Below, piece by piece: positions 27,790 to 38,184 of a stretch of 38,938 nucleotides of DNA (positions are counted from its first letter, which is position 1; every line of letters starts with the position of its first letter). The position numbers were made by a program, and so were the translations under genes. Where the stretch lies: the sequence record ON470620.1; one strand, given 5' to 3'. The DNA is from Escherichia phage vB_EcoM-813R9. The notes beneath the pieces are model-generated. The model was not told the DNA's origin, searched no databases, and saw only the letters and a list, made by a program, of their open reading frames with translations.

Positions 27790-29466
27790 ATGAATTCATT
27801 TGCCATCGTTATACTCTTATTAGCATTTCTCGCCCCTGTTCTAGCTGTAATATTATTTAAACAAAGTAAAAAACACAAAGCGGCTATAGATAACCTGACA
27901 GCTAACAACATAGCCCTTTCTAACCAACTGATTGAAAATCAAGAAAAACTAGCACAGACCGTACGAGAATTATCAGAGCTTGAAGGGCGAGCAGCACCAT
28001 TGTGGCAATACGAAGAATTGCACAGCGCAGTAATGGATGCAGAGAATAAGATAAAAAATGCGGACTCAATAGCCAAGCAAAAAATAGATGAAGCCCAAAT
28101 TAAGGCGGCTAAAACAGTAAACGAAGCAAATTATCAAGCTCAGATGACAATAAGCAACGCTAATAGCGAAGCTATAGCAATCACCAAAGACGCTCGCGAT
28201 GCACGCCTGAAAGCCAAAGAACGTCTTGATAATGCTAATAATAAAGCAAATGAGCTAATCTCAAATGCTAATGACAATGCAGTAAAAATTATTTCTGATG
28301 CAGAAGAAAGAGCAAAGGAGATTGCTGGTTCAGCATATGAAGCTAAAGAGTTTGCAGAAAAATATGAAGCAGTTGCAAAATCAATGAAAAATAAAATTGA
28401 AGGTTATGGTGATGAATGGATCATCCCTAACCGTAGTGTACTTGATGAGCTGGCAGAAAATTATGAATTTACAGATGCAGGCAAGGAATTACAAAAAGCC
28501 AGAGAGTTAACCAAATCATTAATAAAAACTAATAAAGCTGCTTCGTGTGATTATGTTGAGCAAAACAGGCGTAATACTGCCATAAACTTTGTTTTGGATG
28601 CCTTCAATGGAAGAGTTGACAGTATTTTATCAAAAGTCAAACACAACAATTTTGGAAAACTTTCCCAAGAAATAAAAGATGCATTTCAACTAGTAAATTA
28701 CAATGGCTCTGCCTTTAGGTCCGCAAAAATAAGTGACATCTATCTTCAGGCAAGACTCAACGAGCTAAAATGGGGTGTAGCAGTTAATGAAATTATGCTC
28801 GAAGAAAAAGAAGAGCAAAGAAGGATTAAAGAACAGCTTCGTGAAGAGGAAAGAGCTCGTAGAGAATATGAAAAAGCGATAAAAGAAGCTGAAAAAGAAG
28901 AAAAAGCTATTCAGCAAGCTATAAATAAAGCAACGAAAGAACTTATGCTTGCAAATGAAGAACAACGCTTAGCTTTAGAGCAAAAAATAGCTGAACTACA
29001 GTTAAAATATGAAGAAGCTGAAGCTAAAAATCAACGAGCTATTTCTATGGCTCAACAAACCAGATCAGGCCACGTCTATATCATTAGTAATATTGGTTCA
29101 TTTGGCGAAGATGTATATAAAATTGGAATGACACGCCGCCTTGAACCACTTGATCGTGTTCGTGAACTCGGAGATGCTAGTGTTCCTTTTTCGTTCGATG
29201 TTCATGCGATGATTTATAGTGATGATGCACCATCATTAGAAAACCATCTGCATAAAGTTTTCAACGAAAAGCAGGTCAATAAAATTAACTCACGAAAAGA
29301 GTTTTTTAACGTAAATTTAAAAGAAATCAAATCAGTTATTGAAGACATGAACATCAACGCCCACTGGACAATGTTTGCAGAGGCGAAAGAATATAGAGAG
29401 TCTCTATCTATTGAGCAGGAGCGCAAAGCAGCCACTTCCGCCAACGATGAACTACATGTTGCTTAG
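27790..29466 (+). CDS. Membrane-anchored coiled-coil protein with C-terminal GIY-YIG-like (T5orf172/MUG113-type) domain; candidate defence/superinfection-exclusion cargo
   Basis: 558 aa; N-terminal TM helix FAIVILLLAFLAPVLAVILF; long Ala/Lys/Glu-rich coiled-coil; C-terminal GHVYIISN..VYKIGMTRR..PFSF..ENHLH..REFF; AT-rich; RBS aaagga right after the cI stop. Confidence 0.65.
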   Translation: MNSFAIVILLLAFLAPVLAVILFKQSKKHKAAIDNLTANNIALSNQLIENQEKLAQTVRELSELEGRAAPLWQYEELHSAVMDAENKIKNADSIAKQKIDEAQIKAAKTVNEANYQAQMTISNANSEAIAITKDARDARLKAKERLDNANNKANELISNANDNAVKIISDAEERAKEIAGSAYEAKEFAEKYEAVAKSMKNKIEGYGDEWIIPNRSVLDELAENYEFTDAGKELQKARELTKSLIKTNKAASCDYVEQNRRNTAINFVLDAFNGRVDSILSKVKHNNFGKLSQEIKDAFQLVNYNGSAFRSAKISDIYLQARLNELKWGVAVNEIMLEEKEEQRRIKEQLREEERARREYEKAIKEAEKEEKAIQQAINKATKELMLANEEQRLALEQKIAELQLKYEEAEAKNQRAISMAQQTRSGHVYIISNIGSFGEDVYKIGMTRRLEPLDRVRELGDASVPFSFDVHAMIYSDDAPSLENHLHKVFNEKQVNKINSRKEFFNVNLKEIKSVIEDMNINAHWTMFAEAKEYRESLSIEQERKAATSANDELHVA

Positions 29467-29524
29467 CAATGTATGTTTCATAGTAATCACACATTGATTA
29501 CTGGTTACATATACAGTTAAATTT

Positions 29525-29548
29525 AGCCCTCTGATATGAGGGCTTTTT
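29525..29548 (+). terminator. Rho-independent terminator after the cargo gene, abutting the int start codon
   Basis: agccctc-tgatat-gagggct hairpin followed by ttttt and then ATG of int. Confidence 0.6.
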
Positions 29549-30601
29549 ATGGCAGTACGAAAACTAACCACAGGGAAATGGCTTTGCGAATGTTACCCCG
29601 CCGGACGAAGTGGGCGTCGTGTGCGTAAACAATTCGCTACCAAAGGCGAAGCACTGGCTTTTGAGCGCCACACGATGGAAGAAACCGAAGCAAAGCCCTG
29701 GCTGGGTGAATCAGTGGATCGTCGAACACTGAAAGACGTGGTTGAGCTATGGTTCAAACTACATGGTAAATCTCTGACAGCTGGGCAGCATGTCTATGAC
29801 AAATTGCTGTTGATGGTTGACGCTCTGGGCAATCCTCTTGCAACCGATCTCACCTCTAAAATGTTTGCCCACTATCGAGATAAACGCCTGACAGGCGAGA
29901 TCTACTTCAGCGAGAAATGGAAGAAAGGAGCAAGCCCGGTCACCATTAACCTGGAGCAAAGCTATCTAAGTAGTGTTTTTAGCGAACTATCCCGTCTGGG
30001 CGAATGGTCGTATCCGAACCCACTGGAGAACATGCGAAAATTCACCATCGCAGAAAAAGAGATGGCATGGCTTACCCATGAGCAGATTGTTGAATTGCTG
30101 GCTGATTGCAAACGTCAGGACCCAATTCTGGCACTGGTAGTTAAGATATGCTTAAGCACAGGCGCACGCTGGCGTGAAGCCGTAAATCTTACCCGCTCAC
30201 AGGTGACCAAATACCGAATTACCTTTGTCAGAACGAAGGGGAAGAAAAACAGAAGCATCCCTATCAGTAAAGAGCTTTACGAAGAGATCATGGCGCTTGA
30301 TGGGTTCAATTTCTTCACAGACTGCTATTTTCAATTTTTATCCGTGATGGAAAAAACGTCTATCGTGCTCCCTCGCGGTCAACTCACACACGTTCTGCGC
30401 CATACGTTTGCGGCGCACTTCATGATGTCGGGTGGAAACATTCTGGCCTTACAAAAAATTCTCGGACACCACGATATAAAAATGACTATGCGTTACGCAC
30501 ATCTGGCACCGGATCATCTAGAAACGGCGCTCCGTTTCAATCCTCTGGCAACGCTGCCAAGTGGCGACAAAGTGGCGGCAGCGGTTGGCATTACCCCGTA
30601 A
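29549..30601 (+). CDS. int: Tyrosine integrase (P2/186 family)
   Basis: 350 aa; catalytic-domain motifs ..STGARWREA.., HVLRHTFAAHF, MRYAHLAPDHL; adjacent to the chromosome junction. Confidence 0.9.
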   Translation: MAVRKLTTGKWLCECYPAGRSGRRVRKQFATKGEALAFERHTMEETEAKPWLGESVDRRTLKDVVELWFKLHGKSLTAGQHVYDKLLLMVDALGNPLATDLTSKMFAHYRDKRLTGEIYFSEKWKKGASPVTINLEQSYLSSVFSELSRLGEWSYPNPLENMRKFTIAEKEMAWLTHEQIVELLADCKRQDPILALVVKICLSTGARWREAVNLTRSQVTKYRITFVRTKGKKNRSIPISKELYEEIMALDGFNFFTDCYFQFLSVMEKTSIVLPRGQLTHVLRHTFAAHFMMSGGNILALQKILGHHDIKMTMRYAHLAPDHLETALRFNPLATLPSGDKVAAAVGITP

Positions 30602-30619
30602 TAACCACCACTGACCACC

Positions 30620-30657
30620 AACCTAACTTATTGTTTTTAACCTAACTTATTGTTTTC
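30620..30657. repeat. Tandem 19-bp direct repeat (aacctaacttattgtttt[t/c] x2); candidate integrase arm-type sites or att-associated duplication
   Basis: Two adjacent near-identical 19-mers immediately after the int stop. Confidence 0.55.
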
Positions 30658-30662
30658 ATTAA

Positions 30663-30686
30663 CCCGTTTACATAAATGGGTTTTTT
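30663..30686 (+). terminator. Hairpin plus T-run, probable int / bidirectional terminator
   Basis: cccgttta..taaatggg stem followed by tttttt. Confidence 0.45.
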
Positions 30687-30705
30687 GTTATCTAAAACTT
30701 ATCTA

Positions 30706-31242
30706 CTACCCTGCAACCCTCTCAACCATCCTCAAAATCTCCTCGCGCGATAGCGGCTTACGGTCGGTGACAAAATGCAGCGTCATCCCCTCAATAAACG
30801 CATCAAGCGCGCGGGCGGTTCCGGGTTCAAACCATTGTTCGAGCGTTTGCTGACTGCGCTGCATCCAGTTTTGCATTACCGTTTTTAATAGCGGTTTTCG
30901 GCTAGCCAGCGCGTAGAGCTGGTACATCAGCTCCATGTTATCCGGCGTTGCAACCTGTGAGCTGTAGATCATATCGGTGATAGCCTGGCATGCGCCCGGA
31001 GCATCACTAACATCGCTAAAAAATGCCTGATATTGCCGGGACATGATCTCAGTAAAACTGCTGAACGCCTCCAGTAACAACTCATCAATTCCTGAAAAAT
31101 AGTAGGTCATCGATCCCAACGGTACCCCGGCAAGGGTAGCAATTTTGCGGTGCGTAACAGCATGTATTCCGTAAAGTTTCACCGCCTCCAGCGTGGCCTG
31201 GATAATTTTTTCTCGCCGTTGCGGATCGTTAGCGCGACGCAT
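30706..31242 (-). CDS. rcdA: TetR-family transcriptional regulator RcdA (YbjK)
   Basis: ORF trimmed to [21 protein letters not shown].. (178 aa); TetR HTH; conserved synteny with ybjJ. Confidence 0.9.
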
Positions 31243-31325
31243 GTCATTTCCTCTCTCTGCAATTGTGTACAAATGTACACAACCTTGCTAATGTTGTCTT
31301 CCCTCTTCTTATTTTGACGTGATCT

Positions 31326-32534
31326 ATGACCGTAAATTCTTCACGTAATGCATTGAAACGCCGAACCTGGGCGCTGTTTATGTTCTTCTTTTTGCCAGGC
31401 CTGTTAATGGCGTCCTGGGCAACCCGTACGCCTGCTATCCGCGATATTCTCTCTGTCTCGATCGCTGAAATGGGCGGTGTTCTCTTTGGTCTGTCGATCG
31501 GTTCGATGAGCGGTATTCTCTGCTCGGCGTGGTTAGTGAAACGCTTTGGGACACGTAATGTCATCCTGGTCACGATGTCCTGCGCATTGATCGGGATGAT
31601 GATATTAAGTCTGGCACTCTGGCTGACATCGCCCCTGCTCTTTGCCGTTGGTCTCGGCGTCTTTGGGGCAAGTTTTGGTTCTGCGGAAGTGGCGATAAAC
31701 GTTGAAGGTGCTGCCGTTGAGCGAGAAATGAATAAGACGGTTTTGCCGATGATGCACGGTTTTTATAGCCTGGGCACGCTGGCAGGCGCAGGTGTCGGGA
31801 TGGCACTGACGGCCTTTGGCGTTCCGGCAACGGTGCACATTTTATTGGCGGCGCTGGTAGGTATCGCACCTATTTATATCGCCATTCAGGCAATCCCTGA
31901 CGGTACGGGCAAAAATGCTGCCGATGGCACCCAGCATGGCGAAAAAGGCGTACCTTTTTATCGCGATATCCAGTTGCTGCTGATAGGTGTTGTGGTGCTG
32001 GCGATGGCCTTTGCCGAAGGTTCTGCCAACGACTGGTTACCCTTATTAATGGTTGACGGTCACGGTTTTAGCCCTACTTCCGGCTCGCTGATTTATGCCG
32101 GTTTTACCCTGGGGATGACCGTTGGACGCTTCACCGGCGGTTGGTTCATCGACCGTTACAGTCGCGTTGCCGTGGTTCGGGCCAGTGCACTAATGGGGGC
32201 GTTGGGTATTGGGCTGATTATTTTTGTCGATAGCGCCTGGGTCGCTGGGGTGTCTGTTGTACTCTGGGGACTGGGTGCCTCGCTGGGCTTCCCGCTGACC
32301 ATTTCTGCCGCCAGCGATACCGGCCCCGATGCACCAACCCGCGTCAGTGTGGTAGCAACGACCGGTTATCTGGCTTTCCTCGTCGGGCCGCCGCTGCTGG
32401 GCTATCTCGGCGAACATTATGGATTACGTAGTGCAATGCTGGTTGTACTGGCGCTGGTTATTCTCGCGGCTATTGTCGCGAAAGCCGTCGCCAAACCCGA
32501 TACCAAAACGCAGACGGCGATGGAGAATAGTTGA
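31326..32534 (+). CDS. ybjJ: MFS transporter YbjJ
   Basis: 402-aa 12-TM ORF; conserved synteny. Confidence 0.9.
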
Positions 32535-33349
32535 TGAGCATTAAATTAATTGCGGTAGACATGGATGGTACTTTCTTAAGCGATCAAAAAACCTATAACC
32601 GTGAGCGGTTTATGGCTCAGTATCAGCAAATGAAAGCACAAGGAATTCGCTTTGTAGTCGCCAGCGGGAATCAATATTATCAGTTGATCTCTTTCTTCCC
32701 TGAAATTGCTAATGAAATTGCCTTTGTGGCTGAAAACGGCGGCTGGGTAGTGAGCGAAGGCAAAGATGTTTTTAATGGCGAGCTATCGAAGGATGCGTTT
32801 GCTACTGTCGTGGAACATTTGCTGACGCGCCCGGAAGTGGAAATTATTGCCTGCGGAAAAAATAGTGCCTATACACTCAAAAAATATGACGATGCCATGA
32901 AAACGGTGGCGGAAATGTATTATCACCGTCTGGAATACGTCGATAACTTTGACAACTTAGAGGATATCTTCTTTAAGTTTGGCCTGAATCTTTCCGATGA
33001 ACTGATTCCACAAGTACAAAAAGCATTACATGAGGCCATCGGCGATATTATGGTGTCGGTCCACACCGGCAACGGCAGCATCGATCTGATTATCCCCGGC
33101 GTACATAAAGCCAATGGCCTTCGCCAACTGCAGAAATTATGGGGAATAGACGACAGCGAAGTGGTGGTCTTTGGCGATGGCGGTAACGATATTGAGATGC
33201 TGCGTCAGGCAGGCTTTAGTTTTGCAATGGAAAATGCCGGTAGCGCGGTCGTCGCAGCGGCAAAATACCGCGCAGGCTCCAATAACCGTGAAGGCGTACT
33301 GGATGTGATCGATAAAGTTCTTAAACACGAAGCGCCATTTGACCAATAA
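32534..33349 (+). CDS. ybjI: HAD-family (Cof-like) phosphatase YbjI
   Basis: [15 protein letters not shown] (HAD motif I DxDGT); start overlaps ybjJ stop (TGATG pattern). Confidence 0.9.
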   Translation: MSIKLIAVDMDGTFLSDQKTYNRERFMAQYQQMKAQGIRFVVASGNQYYQLISFFPEIANEIAFVAENGGWVVSEGKDVFNGELSKDAFATVVEHLLTRPEVEIIACGKNSAYTLKKYDDAMKTVAEMYYHRLEYVDNFDNLEDIFFKFGLNLSDELIPQVQKALHEAIGDIMVSVHTGNGSIDLIIPGVHKANGLRQLQKLWGIDDSEVVVFGDGGNDIEMLRQAGFSFAMENAGSAVVAAAKYRAGSNNREGVLDVIDKVLKHEAPFDQ

Positions 33350-33434
33350 AACCGGCAGCACGCCCGGCAACACAATGCCTGAATGAAGGCTGCATAATTC
33401 GCGGAAATTAACCCGCTGCATTATTTCAGGCGAA

Positions 33435-33719
33435 ATGATTATGAAAAATTGTCTACTGTTGGGCGCGCTTTTAATGGGCTTTACTGGTGTGGCGATGGCG
33501 CAAAGTGTCACCGTCGATGTGCCGAGTGGATACAAAGTGGTTGTGGTTCCTGATTCAGTCAGCGTTCCACAAGCGGTCAGCGTCGCGACTGTGCCGCAAA
33601 CCGTCTATGTGGCTCCTGCGCCAGCTCCGGCTTACCGCCCGCATCCTTATGTTCGCCATCTTGCCAGCGTAGGTGAAGGGATGGTTATCGAACACCAGAT
33701 TGACGACCATCACCATTAA
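33435..33719 (+). CDS. ybjH: Secreted small protein YbjH
   Basis: 94-aa ORF with signal peptide and C-terminal His-rich tail; conserved synteny. Confidence 0.8.
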   Translation: MIMKNCLLLGALLMGFTGVAMAQSVTVDVPSGYKVVVVPDSVSVPQAVSVATVPQTVYVAPAPAPAYRPHPYVRHLASVGEGMVIEHQIDDHHH

Positions 33720-33726
33720 TTCGAGA

Positions 33727-33762
33727 ATGCCTGATCGCACAAAGCAGTCAGGCATTTTTTTA
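33727..33762. terminator. Bidirectional rho-independent terminator between ybjH and mdfA
   Basis: atgcctga...tcaggcat hairpin followed by ttttttt; coordinates approximate. Confidence 0.5.
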
Positions 33763-34992
33763 CCCTTCGTGAGAATTTCCCATCTGTTTATCTTTTAAAA
33801 AGATAACCATCAGCGACAGCCACAAAATTCCGTTGACAAGGTTGAAGAGATTAAACAGTCCGTTGCCCCCGTTCAGCCAGGCATGTTTGCTGATTTCAAT
33901 ACCAACGGTAAAGATCAGCATTTGCAGCATTCCCATCGCGGCAGAAACCGTACCTTTACTCATATCGCTGGCAAACAGGGTTAATCGCACCAGTCCCGCA
34001 TTCGCCAGACCAATACCGAAAGCATAAATACTTAACCCGGCAGTCATCCATAAATACGCGTGCGATGAGATAACCGTTGCCGCAGCAGCGACCAATAGAC
34101 CAATCATAATCGGCCAGCCGCCCATAATAATCAGCGAACGTACGGTGCGGCGCGAGGTCAGACGCGCTAACAGCAAGTTACCCGCAATTAACGCCCCGAA
34201 AATAGGCACTTGCAGCAAGCCATATTCATAGCTGCTCAACTGCTCGCCGGTAATGATGATAATCGGCGACTGGGCGATCCACGCCAGCAACGGCAGACTA
34301 ACGAATCCCAGCGCCAGCGCCCCCGCCACAAAGCGGCCGTTCTTCAGCACCAGCTTATAGTCACGACCGAGTTCTTTCAGTGACAGTTTCTCGCCTATAC
34401 GCGTGGCGGTTTCAGGCATGGCTCGTTGCAGACCGAAAAAGGAGATCGCTGCCAATGCGGCAAACAAAACAAACATCCCCTCCCAGGGCAGCACATGGAT
34501 CCACGCCGCGCCCACCAGCGGACCAAGTAGCGGAGCAATCAGCGCCACGTTCGCCATCAGCGCGGTGATCTTGATACAAACCGCCTCTTCGAAGGATTCC
34601 TGAATTGCGGCGTATCCCACAGCGCCAATGAAACAGAGGCTTATGCCCTGCAAGAAGCGCAACAGGGTGAATTGTTCAATGTTTTGCGCCAGCAATATTG
34701 CCAGACAGGTGACGATAAACCACACCACTCCCGCCAGCATCACCGGACGGCGACCAATACGATCCGACAGCGGCCCCAGCAGCCATTGTAAAAACATCCC
34801 GCCCGCCAGATACGCGGTCATCGAAGTAGGAACCCAATCAATGCCCGCCTGATATTGTTCCACCACGGCCAACATACCGGGTTGAATCATATCGTTGCCG
34901 ATATAGGTTGAAAATTCGTAAAGCACCAGACAGAGAGGGAAAAGTAACGCCTGACGTCCAAGCCTGGCACCGGAAGCTAATTTATTTTGCAT
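33760..34992 (-). CDS. mdfA: Multidrug efflux MFS transporter MdfA (Cmr)
   Basis: 410-aa 12-[35 protein letters not shown].. Confidence 0.95.
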
Positions 34993-35276
34993 GCAATTTC
35001 TTCGCCAATAATAATCGCGCAGAGTTTAATAAAAGCGCAGCTAACGAGAAAGCGAATTTTGTAGCTGAAACCACGGTTAAGCACATTCTTACATTATTAC
35101 GAGTATAGCTACGCTTTCTTTAAGTTTTATTTAACCTATGCCCGTTACAATCACCCACCGTAAACAGGCCGCTTGAGGGAAATAAGACGATGCCGCTTTA
35201 CCCAGTTTAACCTGCACTTTATTCTCAACGACTTGCCTGTATTGGCTCCCTTTTAATCACTTTGCGTCGGGAAGTT

Positions 35277-35873
35277 ATGCTGGAAAATTTGAATCTCTCT
35301 CTATTCTCTCTTATTAACGCGACGCCAGACTCGGCTCCGTGGATGATCTCGTTGGCGATTTTTATTGCTAAAGATTTGATTACCGTGGTGCCGTTGCTGG
35401 CCGTGGTACTTTGGTTGTGGGGGCTTACAGCACAACGGCAACTGGTGATAAAAATCGCTATCGCGCTGGCGGTCAGCCTGTTTGTGTCCTGGACGATGGG
35501 ACATCTTTTTCCGCACGACCGACCCTTTGTCGAAAATATCGGCTATAACTTCCTGCATCATGCGGCGGATGACTCATTCCCAAGCGATCACGGTACGGTG
35601 ATTTTCACCTTTGCACTGGCATTTTTATGCTGGCATCGCCTGTGGTCCGGCTCACTTTTAATGGTGCTGGCCGTCGTCATTGCCTGGTCGCGCGTTTATC
35701 TTGGCGTCCACTGGCCGCTGGATATGCTCGGTGGATTGCTGGCAGGTATGATTGGCTGCCTTAGTGCCCAGATTATCTGGCAAGCGATGGGGCATAAACT
35801 CTATCAACGTCTGCAATCGTGGTATCGCGTCTGTTTTGCATTACCGATCCGCAAAGGCTGGGTGCGTGACTGA
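35277..35873 (+). CDS. ybjG: Undecaprenyl-diphosphate phosphatase YbjG (PAP2 family)
   Basis: ORF trimmed to MLENLNLSLFSLINATP..; PAP2 motifs (PSDH, SRVYLGVHWPLD). Confidence 0.9.
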   Translation: MLENLNLSLFSLINATPDSAPWMISLAIFIAKDLITVVPLLAVVLWLWGLTAQRQLVIKIAIALAVSLFVSWTMGHLFPHDRPFVENIGYNFLHHAADDSFPSDHGTVIFTFALAFLCWHRLWSGSLLMVLAVVIAWSRVYLGVHWPLDMLGGLLAGMIGCLSAQIIWQAMGHKLYQRLQSWYRVCFALPIRKGWVRD

Positions 35874-35930
35874 TCTCTGCTAAAAAGTGTAGTATTGAGC
35901 GGCTCGCTTCAATAACTATTCAGAGGGATT

Positions 35931-36689
35931 ATGGAAACACGTCGCGAAGAGCGTATCGGGCAGCTGCTGCAAGAATTAAAACGCAGCGATAAGTTACATC
36001 TTAAAGACGCCGCCGCCCTGCTTGGGGTTTCGGAGATGACGATTCGTCGCGATCTGAACAACCACAGTGCGCCCGTCGTTTTGCTCGGCGGCTATATTGT
36101 TCTGGAACCGCGCAGTGCCAGCCATTACCTGTTAAGCGATCAAAAATCCCGCCTGGTGGAAGAAAAACGCCGGGCGGCAAAACTGGCTGCGACGCTGGTA
36201 GAACCCGATCAGACCCTCTTTTTTGACTGTGGCACCACCACGCCGTGGATTATTGAAGCGATTGATAATGAAATCCCTTTTACCGCCGTTTGTTATTCGC
36301 TAAATACCTTTCTGGCGCTGAAAGAGAAACCCCATTGCCGCGCGTTTCTTTGCGGTGGTGAATTTCACGCCAGCAACGCCATTTTCAAACCCATCGATTT
36401 TCAGCAAACGCTGAATAATTTTTGCCCGGATATCGCTTTTTATTCTGCGGCGGGCGTGCATGTCAGTAAAGGCGCTACCTGTTTTAATCTTGAAGAGTTG
36501 CCGGTAAAACACTGGGCCATGTCGATGGCGCAAAAGCATGTGCTGGTTGTCGACCACAGTAAATTTGGCAAGGTGCGTCCGGCGCGCATGGGTGACCTGA
36601 AACGCTTTGATATTGTGGTGAGCGATTGTTGCCCGGAAGATGAGTATGTGAAGTACGCGCAGACGCAGCGCATTAAGTTGATGTATTAA
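35931..36689 (+). CDS. deoR: Deoxyribose operon repressor DeoR
   Basis: 252-aa ORF with N-terminal HTH (LLGVSEMTIRRDL) and DeoR C-terminal sugar-binding domain. Confidence 0.95.
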   Translation: METRREERIGQLLQELKRSDKLHLKDAAALLGVSEMTIRRDLNNHSAPVVLLGGYIVLEPRSASHYLLSDQKSRLVEEKRRAAKLAATLVEPDQTLFFDCGTTTPWIIEAIDNEIPFTAVCYSLNTFLALKEKPHCRAFLCGGEFHASNAIFKPIDFQQTLNNFCPDIAFYSAAGVHVSKGATCFNLEELPVKHWAMSMAQKHVLVVDHSKFGKVRPARMGDLKRFDIVVSDCCPEDEYVKYAQTQRIKLMY

Positions 36690-36696
36690 TGACGTA

Positions 36697-36727
36697 TAAC
36701 CGGATGACGTTTCGCGCCATCCGGTTA
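36697..36727. terminator. Inverted repeat (taaccggatg / catccggtta) between convergent deoR and dacC; probable bidirectional terminator
   Basis: 10-bp perfect inverted repeat with 11-nt loop. Confidence 0.4.
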
Positions 36728-36735
36728 TCAGAAGA

Positions 36736-37938
36736 TTAAGAGAACCAGCTGCCGAACCACTGATGGAATTTCATCATCACGAAATCCCACACCCGACCAA
36801 AGAATCCGCCCTCTTCCACATTTTCCATCACGATCAGCGGACGCTGCTCAATGGATTTACCGTTAAGCTGGAAATCAATGGTCCCGACAACCTGACCTTT
36901 TTTCAGCGGTGCGGTAAGCTGCGGTTCCGTTAACGTATAACTCGCTTTCAGGTTTTTCAGCTGCCCACGCGGTATGGTCACTGAGCCCGCTTCACCTGCC
37001 CCGAGATTCACTTCGCTCTTATCACCAAACCAGACGCGCTGAGTCACAAAGGTGGCATCAGGTTTAATTGGCGTCACGGTTTCAAAGAAGCGGAAACCCC
37101 AGGTCAATAATTTCTCAGACTCATTAAAACGGATACGGTCGGTTTTCGCTCCCAACACTACGGAGATTAAACGCATATCGCCCTGGGTAGCCGAAGCAAC
37201 CAGATTATATCCCGCGCCTGCCGTGGTTCCTGTCTTCATGCCATCAACATTCAGATTGCTGCTCCACAGCAGACGGTTACGGTTAGGCTGACGAATTTTG
37301 TTGAAGGTGAACTCTTTCTCTTTATGAATGGCGTACTCTTCCGGCACATCGTGGATCAATGCTTTACCCAGCAATGCCATATCGCGCGCGGTGCTGAACT
37401 GCCCCGGCGCATCCAGGCCGTGCACCGTCTGGAAGGTAGTGTTGGTCAGACCCAGTTTTTTGGCATAACCATTCATCAGACCAATAAATGACTCCTGGCT
37501 CCCGGCAACGTAATCAGCCAGCGCAATACAGGCGTCATTACCGGACTGGATAATCACACCTTTGTTCAAGTCTGCCACCGAAACCTGATCGCCCGGTTTG
37601 AGGAACATTACCGATGAACCACGCAGTGCCGGATTTCCCGTCGCCCAGGCATCTTTACCGACCGTCACCATATCGGTGAGTTTAATCTTATCGGCCTTAA
37701 GCGCCTGCCCAACCACATAGCTGGTCATGATTTTAGTCAGGCTCGCGGGATCCAGTTTCTCATCCGCATTGCCTTCTGCCAGCACTTTACCGCTGGCGTA
37801 ATCCATTAAAATCCATGCACGCGCATCCACGCTCGGCGCTTCAACGGTTTGTTCCGCCGCGAATGCCGTTGGGGCAAAAAGGAATAAAAATGCAGAACCC
37901 GCTGCAAGACCACGAAGGAGAGAGGAGTATTGCGTCAT
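36736..37938 (-). CDS. dacC: D-alanyl-D-alanine carboxypeptidase DacC (PBP6)
   Basis: ORF trimmed to [14 protein letters not shown].. (400 aa); SxxK active site (ASLTKIMT), SGN and KTG motifs. Confidence 0.95.
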   Translation of the reverse strand: MTQYSSLLRGLAAGSAFLFLFAPTAFAAEQTVEAPSVDARAWILMDYASGKVLAEGNADEKLDPASLTKIMTSYVVGQALKADKIKLTDMVTVGKDAWATGNPALRGSSVMFLKPGDQVSVADLNKGVIIQSGNDACIALADYVAGSQESFIGLMNGYAKKLGLTNTTFQTVHGLDAPGQFSTARDMALLGKALIHDVPEEYAIHKEKEFTFNKIRQPNRNRLLWSSNLNVDGMKTGTTAGAGYNLVASATQGDMRLISVVLGAKTDRIRFNESEKLLTWGFRFFETVTPIKPDATFVTQRVWFGDKSEVNLGAGEAGSVTIPRGQLKNLKASYTLTEPQLTAPLKKGQVVGTIDFQLNGKSIEQRPLIVMENVEEGGFFGRVWDFVMMKFHQWFGSWFS

Positions 37939-38184
37939 AAATGCCACCCGAGTATCCATTCAAAAAAAATACGTTATATCGCCGTATGATAAGTTTGGTG
38001 ATTAATAACGCACACACAAACTTAAAGAAACCGTAAGTTGGTAAAGTTTTTAAAGTTTATGCAATATCCTGCCGCTTCGCTGCTTCTGGTGTCATTTTTT
38101 TGCCAGCTGTTGCTTAAAAGTTAACTTTACTTCACCATCGGAGTCCTGTTCAGCCTGTGGCTGCCTGTCGGAAAAGGGGTGAGT

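Larger units (their letters stand above)
5214..30657. mobile_element. P2/186-like prophage, partial, in reverse orientation
   Basis: Canonical P2 gene order H-I-J-W-V / S-R-lysis-X-L-M-N-O / P-Q / A / cII-apl-cI / int with a tyrosine integrase abutting the chromosomal flank; tail genes beyond H and the other att site are not in the window. Confidence 0.9.

Noticed and set aside
28765-28965. 66-aa Phe-rich minus-strand ORF
   Set aside because: Antisense reading of the Lys/Glu-rich coiled-coil coding region (aag/gaa repeats give ttc/ctt); low complexity.
30602-30705. Possible tRNA gene at the integration site
   Set aside because: The interval could fit a tRNA, but I see no acceptor stem or T-loop-like (GGTTCGAATCC-type) element; it holds direct repeats and a terminator hairpin instead.
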